38,459 nt of DNA. It comes from Octopus bimaculoides. Its lineage: Eukaryota. The DNA is taken from the NCBI RefSeq assembly GCF_001194135.2, contig NC_068990.1, positions 39,020,222-39,058,680 of the forward strand, read 5' to 3'. Shown here one piece after another: positions 1 to 11,273 of the stretch. Position 1 is the stretch's first letter. The number at the start of each line of letters is the position of its first letter. Both the position numbers and the translations under genes were made by a program. The notes under the pieces are model-generated. The model was not told the DNA's origin. It searched no databases and saw only the letters and a list, made by a program, of their open reading frames with translations.

Positions 1-102
1 CAGGGTTGCTTTGGCACATTTTTCTAATCCGAATTTCATGTCTATTTCCTTGGTAAAGCCGTGTACTGTCTGTAGTAGTGTTACTAGCTCTTTGTCGTTT
101 TT

Positions 103-103
103 A

Positions 104-188
<85 letters not shown>

Positions 189-198
189 TTATTTATTA

Positions 199-262
<64 letters not shown>
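103..262. repeat. (ATT)n microsatellite
   Basis: Near-perfect ATT array; explains the poly-L/Y/I ORFs at 11-434. Confidence 0.97.
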
Positions 263-520
263 TCTTATTATTCGTACGCTATATTTCTACAATTCACTTA
301 GAGAAGCGAAACTTTTCTATCAGCCATCCATCACGCTTAAAAACTGTCAGTTTATCGATCTTTGCAAATCGCAAATAAACCATATACTTTATCTTAATTC
401 TACATTTGAGAATCTATATACTTTGTCAAAATAATAAACTTGATTATCACTTCATGATAAGCTTAGTATTCAATATATTACCTGAATTCTTTATTTTGCT
501 GATTTCAACTTTTTCTTCAC

Positions 521-624
521 CGGGTCTACCAAATCCATTCACAAGACTCTGGTCGGCCCAAAGTGCCACTAAGTAGGACTGAACCCGGAAGCATGTCGTT
601 CCTACCACACAGCCACTCCTTCGC

Positions 625-626
<2 letters not shown>
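521..626 (-). mobile_element. Internally deleted tRNA-derived SINE, family A
   Basis: Matches the copy at 1645-1965 (accaaatccattcacaag...ggactgaacccgg...accacacagcca); followed by (CA)n at about 627-681 and (TATG)n at about 700-762. Confidence 0.75.
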
Positions 627-686
<60 letters not shown>

Positions 687-813
687 GTGTATGTACTCGT
701 CTGTTTGTCTGTATGTATGTGTGTATGTAAGTATGTATGTATGTATGTATGTATGTATGTATACAGTTTCAAGACGGAAAGTTGGATTTAACAGTCTTTA
801 TTATAAATCGCTA

Positions 814-978
814 CAATTGTTTTAACTCATAATCATCAGCTGTTAACTGTTGAATGTCACATAAATTATATACAATATTGTGTTGATGTGATTCTGCCAT
901 AGCTGTGTACATGCGTATCCTTGGATGACCATAGTCAAAACACTGCTGTCCCAGCTTAAGTTTCTCCACAACATACAC
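814..978 (-). other. Candidate terminal coding exon, 55 codons, product unknown
   Basis: Stop-free frame VYVVEKLKLGQQCFDYGHPRIRMYTAMAESHQHNIVYNLCDIQQLTADDYELKQL; AG at 980-979, TAG at 813-811, AATAAA at 802-797; a stronger polypyrimidine acceptor lies at 1009-1008. Confidence 0.35.
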
Positions 979-1451
979 CTAGACCCTATACTATTTTTAG
1001 TATTCCTCTGGCAAAGAAGAAGAAGGAAATGCACAAAGAAATAAGAAGAAACAACTAAAACAGATTAAGGGAAATAAGAAAATAAAGAAGAAAGAAACCG
1101 CATATTCATACTATCCTTATGGGCAGATTTATTGGGAATTTTAGAAAATAAAAAAATAAACGCACTTTTAAGGATAAAAATATCGTAATAGGGTAACCTT
1201 TAACAATTACCCGTCTCTTGCATCTGTTACTGTTCCACTTCAAAGAAAAGTTTACTTCTTTAACTCAGCAGGATATAAAAAAGTGTCACCTTACAAATTT
1301 ACTTTTAGATATATAGTATCATTACCACAACGTTTACTCCTTTAATCTGTTGCTTTTCAAGTCTTTAAGAGAGGTTACTAACAAATTCACTTCCTCACAC
1401 ACGTACATATATACATATATACACATATTCCCTGCATATGCACATATGCAT

Positions 1452-1482
<31 letters not shown>

Positions 1483-1644
1483 AATNNNNNNNNNNNNNNN
1501 NNNNNNNNNNNNNNNNNNNNNNNNNNNNNNNNNNNNNNNNNNNTATATATATATATATATATATGCTGATACACCACGTTAAAGTGTTCCTTTGTCGAAG
1601 AAATCTCCCCTAACATTAATTCTTTGTAAGTCTAGTACTTATTC

Positions 1645-1965
1645 TATCCGTCGCTTTTAACGAACCGCTAAGTTACGCCTACATAAACACTCCAACATCG
1701 GTTGTCAAGTGATGTTGGAGTGGGGACAAAACACACATAAAGATATACCCACATAAATACACACACAAACACACACACTCGCACGCACGCACACGCACAC
1801 ACACATACACACATGCTCTTTACAGTTTCCGTCAGCCAAATCCACTCACAAGACTGGTCGGCTCGAGGCTATAGTACAAGATACTTGCCCAACGTGTCAT
1901 TCAGTAGGACTGAACCCGGAATCATGTAGTTAGGAAACAAGGTTCTTACCACACAACCATGCCAA
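1645..1965 (-). mobile_element. tRNA-derived SINE, family A (CORE-like centre)
   Basis: Minus strand has A-box TGGTTGTGTGG and B-box GGGTTCAGTCC, then a ttgggcaagt segment resembling the CORE-SINE core and an internal (GT)n. Probably one of the described octopus OK/OR SINE families; not assigned. Confidence 0.8.
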
Positions 1966-2390
1966 ATTCACACACTTATTGCAACAGTCCTTCAGTTTTA
2001 AAAGAATTCGGAAGGATAGGTCTCCAGCTACCATCTTAAAACGACGAGAAAATATTTCGGTTTATTGCTGACCTAGGTGTTCCGTCTGACTAAAATTTCA
2101 GTTTCATCACCGGTCTACTCAGTCAAAGTTAACCAAGCTCTAAACACGAGGAACTACACTTAGATCTTAAAGCTCTCAGTTATCCACTTTCATTTTAACA
2201 TCTAATCTAAATGCACAATAATATATTTTCATTCGACATTTAGTTGGCAGTTTGTTACTGAAATTTATTTTACAGAAAGGCTAAACATGAAAGGAGAAGT
2301 CCACCTTAGAGTCTTTTGAAATCACACATACGTAAAAAGGCAGAGCTAGATGCTGCAAAACATTTAGTTTCTCAATTTAATCAACAAATA

Positions 2391-2456
2391 ACGAACAATA
2401 ATATCATACGAACAATAATATCATACGAACAATAATATCATACGAACAATAATATC
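2391..2456. repeat. 17-bp tandem repeat (ACGAACAATAATATCAT), about 4 copies
   Basis: Copies start at 2391, 2408, 2425 and 2442. Confidence 0.95.
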
Positions 2457-2751
2457 GAGTTTTAAACATTGGAACCATATTACGGATTATGGTTGAGCAA
2501 AGAGTTGGATGTATCGACCCCAGTATTTATATGGTGCTTCAATTCAACGATCAAGAAAGGATGAAAACCACCGGAGTTTACCTCTAGGAGACTTTGATAG
2601 CAGAACACTGAATACTACAAGGTATTTTAATCGAAGTTCGTCTGAAAATGACATTTCATCACACTTTTAACAACCATTATATTAATAGAAATCTCCTTCA
2701 GCTGCTTGAAAAGCAACGAAGAGTAACAACAAAAATAATAACGACGACAGC

Positions 2752-2786
<35 letters not shown>

Positions 2787-2939
2787 AATAAAACAGTTTA
2801 ATTAGGTTCATGAAGCAATTCAATATTTCGACATAATTAGTAAGAATTGTCATCAAATGTTATGAGAAATATAACGCTTTGTTACTTTATTTTTCATATC
2901 GTTTTAAAATATCGATATTCAACAGCAGCACCGTCGACG

Positions 2940-3023
2940 CACCACCAGCACCACCACCACCACTACCACTATCACTACTACTACTACTACTACTACTGCT
3001 ACTACTACTACTACTACTACTAC

Positions 3024-3070
<47 letters not shown>
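2940..3070. repeat. Compound (CAC)n-(CTA)n-(TAA)n microsatellite
   Basis: Seen directly; (CAA)n at about 2748-2785 and (ATG)n at about 3262-3372 lie nearby. Confidence 0.95.
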
Positions 3071-3072
<2 letters not shown>

Positions 3073-3270
3073 GCAGAAGCAACAACTAGGACAACGGCGA
3101 CGGTAAAAATAATTCAGACAATACCAACAAAAACATCAGCTCTCATTACAACATTATCGATAAGCGAAACTACAATAAATGAGATTTTTTTTTTAATATT
3201 TTCTGTAAGGTATTGTAATTTTTAAGTGCTAAAGCTATTTGTAATTGTAATTCTTTGCGGATAATGATGA

Positions 3271-3301
<31 letters not shown>

Positions 3302-3414
3302 GATGATGATGGTGATGATGAGGGTTATGCTGATGAGGGCTATGCTGATGAGGGTTATTCTGATGATGGCTATGATATATCCAAATAAGTGTGCATGTGT
3401 GTGTGTTTATGTGT

Positions 3415-3604
3415 GTAATATCAGGTTCTTGTGGGTTTAATGCTTGTAAAACTGAACTTCCTCTATAAATCTGCCAAGTGTGCCCTGTGTCCCAAGTGTT
3501 ATTATCCTCTCTGGTACTGCAGATGCTTTATGAAATATTGTCTTGTTAGATGAAGAGAGATCCGATTGCCATATTTTTATAAGTTTGATGTAATATTCGT
3601 CAAT
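3415..3604 (-). mobile_element. Small, internally deleted R4/Dong-type LINE remnant
   Basis: Translation IDEYYIKLIKIWQSDLSSSNKTIFHKASAVP resembles the post-RT EYYxRVRKIWxSELxxxNKxxAHNxFAVP region of RLE-encoding LINEs. Confidence 0.55.
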
Positions 3605-4299
3605 GTGTACATATGTATGTAAGTATGTAACGTACGTACGTGTACGAGTCGTTTTTAACGACAGTGAACCACAACTATCAATTTGATATTTGCATCAGTG
3701 ATTGCTGTTGTTTCGCTGTTCAAACTTAGGTTACTCTGTGTGTGAAAAGAAGGTAGTTACTTCGTAATAACGGCATAATGAAAATCTTTGAAATTGTAGA
3801 CTCCGCTAAAGAACACATAAACCGGTAATCGCGATAAACAGGTCGACGTTTCAGCCAACGAAATCACGCAAGCAGTAACACCGCTCATTTCTGTAGCAGT
3901 AATAAAATCATTACATTACCAGTAATATACCATGGCTAAATCAATCAATGACAAATGTTTCCATTTAAAAAAATCTGAATTGTAATTGTGGCTATTATAT
4001 TGCTAATTTCAAATTTCTGTATTTTGGAGTATAATTAAAAACCATATATATATATATAAACAGTAAAACAGAAGTGCCAAATTGATTTTTCAGTAAAAAG
4101 AAAAAAATTCCTGTTTTTGTTTATATGTTTCTGTGTCTGTTTCATTATTTTTAATTACTATTTTCTTCCTCATATGGACAGTCATTATGGCTATATTGAA
4201 ATATCTCCACAACCAACATCAACGATAAAAAAACAAGATATATTTATCCCATCACTGTGACAATAATAATAATGTTAACAACAGCAACAATAATAATAA

Positions 4300-4460
4300 T
4301 CCTTTCTATTGAAGGCACAAGGTCTGAAATTTGGTGATAGGTGACTAGTGGATTAAATCGACCCCAGCGTTTAAACGGCACTTAAAATAAAAAAACGCCA
4401 AGTCGACCTTGGCGGAATTTGAATTGCGAACGTAAAGGCGAATGAAATACAACTAAGCAT
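4300..4460 (-). mobile_element. SINE family B, degenerate copy
   Basis: aagtcgaccttggcggaatttgaa and tcgaccccag blocks shared with the copies at 32013-32729. Confidence 0.8.
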
Positions 4461-4789
4461 ATGGATAAAACGCCACCTAGGGGTAACGAAGGAAACTCAC
4501 ATATTCCGAATCACCCTCATCCTTACTACTCAGCCTACTGGCACCAATTTACATTAGGCCCATTCAATCGGGCCATCCTAGCCACTTTCAACCACCTTTC
4601 AGTAAAATTACTGGAGTCAGCACATTCTTCTCAACGCTCGCCTTTCTTTGAAATGGAATTTAAAACAATTAACGAGGGCTTGGCTCGATGGGCAAGTGTC
4701 TGTCTTCAATCATTTCAATCTCGCCAAAAAAACAAATCTTTCACAGAGGAAACCTGGTTTCACTTCCCAACCAAAGGAAGGTGGCGGAA

Positions 4790-4795
4790 TAATAA

Positions 4796-4866
<71 letters not shown>
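4790..4866. repeat. (AAT)n microsatellite abutting the LINE fragment
   Basis: Seen directly; gives the poly-N tract in ORF 4461-5054. Confidence 0.97.
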
Positions 4867-4869
<3 letters not shown>

Positions 4870-5520
4870 GCCCCGATGCAGAACTGAAAGTCCGACGGGT
4901 CAGAAGATATGACAAAAGAATCAAATGTCATCGACAAATCAAGGTATTCAAGATGGATGCAAAGAAATTTCATTGGCAAATTGGCAAAAGCAACATAGAA
5001 GTAAAGGAGCAACTTAAGACTAAGAAAATGGGAGAGTTATGGAAGAAGATATAGAGTATCAAAAAATAATATAATGCTGAAGCTCACTGGATAAGACGTG
5101 ATAAAGTGAGACTGGATGAAGTTGAAGAGCTGAAATGGGAACCAATAGAAGAGCTAAGATGTGTTCTTAGAAAGTCTCACAAATGGAAAACCCCAGGACT
5201 GGACCGGATCCCTAACTTCTGGCTGGAATGCTTGACAGAAATACACCAACATTTTACTGCATCCTTAACTGATTTCATCCCAAACCCAGAGCAAATACCT
5301 GCCTGGCTGACCGAAGGAACAACATAGCTTTTAGCAAAAACTGAAAACCCGAAAAATCCAAAGAACTAGCGACCAATAATATGCCTCAACACCACCACCA
5401 TGATCCTTACATCGATACTAACTGAAAGAATATACACTTTCCTTGAACAGAACTCTATCCTTCCACAAGCTAAAAAAGGTTGTAAAAGGTCTTATGGATG
5501 CAAAGATCAATTACTCATAA
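4867..5520 (+). mobile_element. R4/Dong-clade non-LTR retrotransposon fragment (pre-RT and RT start), pseudogenised
   Basis: KVRRVRRYDKRIKCHRQIKVFKMDAKKF...KWKTPGLDRIPNFWL...WLTEGTT*LLAK...PKN*RPIICL...ILPQAKKGCKRSYGCKDQLLI, with several stops. Confidence 0.85.
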
Positions 5521-5524
5521 TATC

Positions 5525-6210
5525 ATTTAATCACTGACAATCCCTTCCTTATTTTCGACCTTCTGTATTAGCACTGTCTTTCTTTTTGTCATCCGCCCTA
5601 ATGTTCTATATTCCATACAATCAGAAACGGCTGTAAATAGCTCTACATATTTGAGAGATTTTTAAACCAGAATCCTTGAACACTATCTGAGCCTTGAGCT
5701 TTCTGGGTTTTTTTTTATTTTCTAAAGACTCACTTTTACTTTCTCACCTACAATATTTACTCTCTTTTTATCTACTTTCCTTTTCACTTCAACCTTTTCT
5801 AATCAGTGAACTTCTCTTCTATGTTGAATATCTTTGTTCCAAATATCTGAACAAATAAGTTCTTTACTACTTCAGTATTTGGCATATCATTATCTGATGT
5901 CCATTTCCGATGTTCAGCTGTTGGGAAAAATTTCAATTCATAGTTTCTGAAGAGCTTTTTCTTTTCTGGTTGGTATATAGCGTAACATCATCTGATATCT
6001 CCATCATTTTTTTTTTTGCCTTACTTGTTCTTAAGGTACCTGTACTCCTTTGTGTTTAATGTTGTACTTTCTTTGGAGCTTGTACTTGTGTCCTTCTTTC
6101 ACCATCTTCTTTTCAGTTATTGCATTTATTCTTCCAAGAGCTCTCTTGGGCTGATCAATTTGCTTGCCAATCTCAGCTCCTACCATGGGTCTTTGTCTCT
6201 TGTTTTTCTT
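5525..6210 (-). mobile_element. Second, divergent R4/Dong-clade LINE fragment in opposite orientation
   Basis: With frameshifts: QIDQPKRALGRINAITEKKMVKEGHKYKLQRKYNIKHKG, KLFRNY, then AQGSDSVQGFWFKNLS and KTVLIQKVENKEGIVSD. Homologous to the same region as 4867-5520. Confidence 0.7.
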
Positions 6211-7494
6211 TGACTTTAAGCCCCCCCCCCAAAAAAAAAAAGAACTTCTGAGAGATTTTGAATTGAATTACGTAATTTAGATCTATTATACTTTGAACAT
6301 GCACTTTTGTTAACAACTCGTCCAGTTTCTTTACTGTTTTACTACCTTATAATTATAGAAAACAAATGTGTTGGTCGCGCCTGGAATTCCTTTGGCCGTA
6401 AATGTGCTTAATAGGAGCTGACATTGACTAAACAACAACGAAAACATGAACAATGACAAACATAATAGGGAAAGCAATATAGAATTACATTAAGCGTCTT
6501 AACACATGAAGGACACTTTAGCTAAAGTAGATCTAGAGAGACAAAGAAAAAAGGCATGTAACAGCTGAAAGGCCTTTGATGACATCTGACCTTGGCTAAG
6601 CAGTAACAAAAATATCGACATGAACTCAGGAAATGAACTCGGGAAAAATTACTATTTTAATATTGCTTGTTATGTAAACTACCGATTGAGCTTATATTTC
6701 GTATAGTCTGCCTATAAACTAGTACTCTATGAGTGAGTAGGCGCTGCGTACAAACAAACCAAACTATACAAATGTACGAAACAAGTAATAGTAATTTTTC
6801 TCACGTCCATTTTTTTCTGGACGCTATGCATTAATGGGTTAACAAAACAATTACAGCAACAGCATGTCCATATATTTTTATGACTAAACATTACCAATCT
6901 TCTACTTCTCGATTTTTGTTAGTTTAAATGAAATAGAATATAGAGCCAAAACATCTTTCATTTGAAGTTCTGAACTGCTTGTCTTTACAGGCAGGATACG
7001 TATAATCCTTCTGATTAGAGACGGTCCTAATAAGTCGATAGATATTAAGTAATTTTTGCTTTGCTCCGGCAAAAAGAGAGACAGGATGAGTGTTATGGTT
7101 TAACTGTATCGGAGTCTATTTACAATGGCCATACTAAACATCTTTACTAAAACGTTCGCTTGTGAACTTACAACTCATCCACAATAAAGAAACTAACAGT
7201 TTCAGTCACCAGCTTTGTCTTACTTTCTGCCATGGCTAACATGTAGGCAATCACCATGTGGCTTATTCGCTGGGATTGCGCTTATCCTTTATTTTTATTT
7301 TCTTCCTCTTTCCAGTTTTTCTCCTCTCTCCACCTCTCTTTCCACTCAACACTCGATGACGAGGAAGGGCAGTGTGCGAAACGTCGAAACAATTAACTCT
7401 CTCTATTTCTCTGAGTTTCGAGCTAATAATTTTGACCGTGAACTTTTCCCATCTATTTTTCTTTTGTTCTTCACCAAACATCCTTTTAACTTAC

Positions 7495-7540
7495 TGACTG
7501 AACGAAATACGACACCATTTTGTAAAATATGTCTTCTCAG
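7495..7540 (-). other. Candidate 46-bp exon
   Basis: ttagttttAG acceptor (7542-7541) and GTAAGT donor (7494-7489); two open frames (LRRHILQNGVVFRSV or EKTYFTKWCRISFS). Confidence 0.3.
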
Positions 7541-7949
7541 CTAAAACTAAGATTCGGAGCGAGTCAAGACAAGTAGAGCCATTTTCTTTTGTTTTTTTTC
7601 ATTGTTTTTTTTTCCTTTATATTTTTAAACAACCGATTTAATATCACTTCTTATTATGCGACCAAACGACATAATTTCGTTATCATTTATTCTCATTTCT
7701 TTTGATTTCCTTATTTCCCCCTTTTATTGTGCTTTATTTTTGTTCCTTTCTGTTGTCTATTGTTTGTGATTGTTGCTTTTGTTTTTGTTGCATTGTTTTT
7801 GTACTTCAGCCCCTTTTCTTCACTGTTCTCCGCTCGCCCACCTCCATTTTCATTTTCCATTTGTTTTATTTCACAGCGAGCAGAGTGTTTCTATTATCAA
7901 TACCATTGTCATTATTAAAAGAAAGAATTATTAAATATAGAAAGAATTA

Positions 7950-8477
<528 letters not shown>

Positions 8478-9519
8478 TTATTTTCTCTTTCCGAAATCGT
8501 ATCCTTCTATTTGCGACAGTAGATATATTATGTAGTATTGTTATTACTATCATTTATTGCTGTCTTTTTTTTTTTTTTGGTTTCCGATGACAGTAATGTT
8601 GCTGATGCTGATGTTCTTGACTGCGTTATCATTTCTTTGTTTGTTGTTTATAAAAAGGTTCATTCTTTAGCTAAGTTCTTCGTAGGTTCTAACAAGTTTT
8701 TAAGGATCGTTTTTAATCTTTTATTTCACGTATCTTAGGCAAATAAAGTGATTTTAGTCAATTTTTTTCTTCTCATTATTTCAATAGAAATGAGTTTATT
8801 AGTGTATTTATTCATACGTTGTTACCACATTATTTGTCTTTTTATTTATTCATTTATCTATTTATTTATTTATTTATTTATTTAAATTTGCTTTATTTCT
8901 TTAATCGTATTAATTATTTACTCTGAAGTAGAAATAAAAAATAAATAAAGAATCACAATGATAATAAAGGAAAACATTTTTAAAAAAGACATTTTGTATA
9001 AATAAAAATAAACATTAAATACGACTTTTTCTTTCTTAAACAGATGTTCACTTATTTTGTGCATTGATATTTTTTTTTTTTATTTTATGATATTTTCTGT
9101 GTTTGCTTTGTATTTTTCTCTTTATTGCTTCCAATGCATTATGTATTTTTTCTTTATTTTCTGTTAATTTTCATTGATTTTTTTTTAATTATATTTTTTG
9201 TTAATTTATTTCTGTTTTCTTTACTCTCAGGAAGAAAATCAATATAGAGAATTAAAATAAACTCGCTAGTCTGTCGATGTTAATCTGAACGATAAATTAG
9301 TCTCGTGTATTTTCTGGTCTTCAAATCAAGATTATTGGATACCTTGTTAGAATTATTCTTTGTAATTAGAACAAAACAAAAATACCACAAATAAACAAAA
9401 AAGAAATAGAAAAAAACAATCAAGTAAGCAGCCAAAGAAAAATGTCTAAGATTTATATCAGTTCTGAGAAAATTATGTCAGCTCAAGAATTAGAATTTAT
9501 CTTAGTGATAAAACAGCTT

Positions 9520-10963
9520 CTAGACTTGTTTCTTTTCTCCATTATTTTTTTTCTCTTTCTTTTCACAAATTTCATCTGAGAAATGAACTAAATCTGTAAC
9601 CTCATGTAGATATTTGCACTCAATATTGTAAGGCAAAACACCTAGATCCAATACTAAAGTTCTGCTTATGTGGCGGGATAGTTGTTGCCTCACCACATAA
9701 CACAATATCAACACATTGTTTCTGACGGTGATCTTTGTTCTCACAGTAATTACAGATACGTTTATTTATTTACTGTTAATTTCTGCAATGTTTTCTTTTG
9801 TAGTACTGTGGCATTAAGAGTGGAGGCGCAATGGCCCAGTGGTTAGGGCAGCGGACTTGAGGTCATAGGATCGCGGTTTCGATTCCCAGACCGGAAGTTG
9901 TGAGTGTTTCTTGAGCGAAAACACCTAAAACTCCACGAGGCTCCGGAAGGAGATGGTGGCGAACCCTGCTGTAGTTTTCCACCACAACTTTCTCACACTC
10001 TTACTTCTTGTTTCTGTTGTGCCTGTAATTCAAAGGGTCAGCCTTGTCAAACTTTGTCACGCCGAATATCCCCGAGAACTACGTTAAGGGTACACATGTC
10101 TGTAGAGTGCTCAGCCACTTGTACGTTAATTTCACGAGCAGGCTGTTTCGTTGATCGGATCAGCTGGAATCCTGGACGTCATAAGCGACGGAGTGCCAAC
10201 AACAACAACATGTGGTATTAAGAACTGAATATCAAAGGTGTAATCTAAAATTTCTGCGTTCGAATCTTCACAAAATGATTTCAACTGCTTTTGGCTTCAA
10301 TTTGTTTTTAATTGGTTATAATATTTTAACTCATCAGCAATGAAATAATTGCAAAAAACCTATACATAAATTCTTCTACTATTTTTCATCGTTGGACTAA
10401 GTTGAATATAATTTGGCCGTTGTTAATATTCATTTTATGGAAGACAGTTGTATTTTACCATTAACCATACAATGTATTTGTAAATATCTATATCTTCATT
10501 CACCATGGATCCCTTTTTTCAGAACTAAGACACTTTGAAAAATAATATTACAAACGTAATTAACTAGAATTTTCAATAGAAACATATGATAGCATTTTCA
10601 ATTTGTTTTGCTGGTCTTAATATCTGAAGCTCAATTATTACATCGCTTTACTTGGATAGTGTGATTAGCAGTGCGATTTTAATGTCTGAGATTATTAAAT
10701 GTACATATGATGTCCATGTTACTTAGATGAGTTTCATATTAATTTCAATTATTTCTAATTGTTGCAAACAAGTTAATGTTTCTCTCTTGAAAATAATTTC
10801 TAATTTTTGAGATATTCATGCTTCTGATTTGAAAAGAGACTTGCTTGAAAATCTGAAGATGGTCTTCGATGATATTACCCCAAATGTCTATATTTTGATC
10901 CTCTGGTATGTTTTTATATACGTCAATACTTGTTTTTTCTTCAATCGACGATTTGTCGGAATT
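9520..10963 (-). pseudogene. Probable C-terminal continuation of the decayed channel gene
   Basis: 72 stop-free codons at 10963-10748 after a tAG (NSDKSSIEEK...FATIRNN); the frame KSFCEDSNAEILDYTFDIQFLIP/QYYKRKH continues across the SINE once it is removed; 74-aa ORF at 9520-9744. Confidence 0.35.
9820..10210 (+). mobile_element. Full-length tRNA-derived SINE, family C, with target-site duplication
   Basis: A-box TGGCCCAGTGG, B-box GGTTTCGATTCCC, (CAA)n tail; 13-bp TSD TGTGGCATTAAGA (9807-9819) / TGTGGTATTAAGA (10211-10223) with one mismatch. Confidence 0.92.
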
Positions 10964-11273
10964 CTATACATTTTCATATATAGCTTAAATTAGAGCCAGT
11001 TATAAAGTAGCATACGCGAACACACAAATGCCGACACACACGCACACCCACTCTCATATCATTCCCAATTCTGTAACAGTATTATTTATTATTTTTTTGT
11101 AGCCATTTGTGTTCCCTGATGGAACGAAATACGCCCAAGCTGCGACTTTCTTGTCTTATTGTATACCACGTAGGAATCCTATGTACTATGTATCTTACTA
11201 TAGTGTTTGATTGAGGTTATATTTGATTGTTATTTTCAGCAGATGTAGCTACCGCATCTGAGTTGCTTTGCCG

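Noticed and set aside
11-434. Poly-L/Y/I ORFs, and similar low-complexity ORFs at 7915-8590, 18985-19265, 30252-30734 and 35347-35697
   Set aside because: They are translations of microsatellites and carry no domain content.
6820-6842. piggyBac-like end (GGGTTAA)
   Set aside because: No matching TTAACCC opposite end or transposase sequence found.
7351-7390. Hammerhead-like TCGATGA...CGAAACGTC
   Set aside because: The core reads TCGATGA rather than CTGANGA, and stems I and II do not pair.
9820-9895. tRNA genes (also the tRNA-like head at about 21370-21430)
   Set aside because: The A and B boxes belong to SINE heads; there is no complete cloverleaf or acceptor stem.
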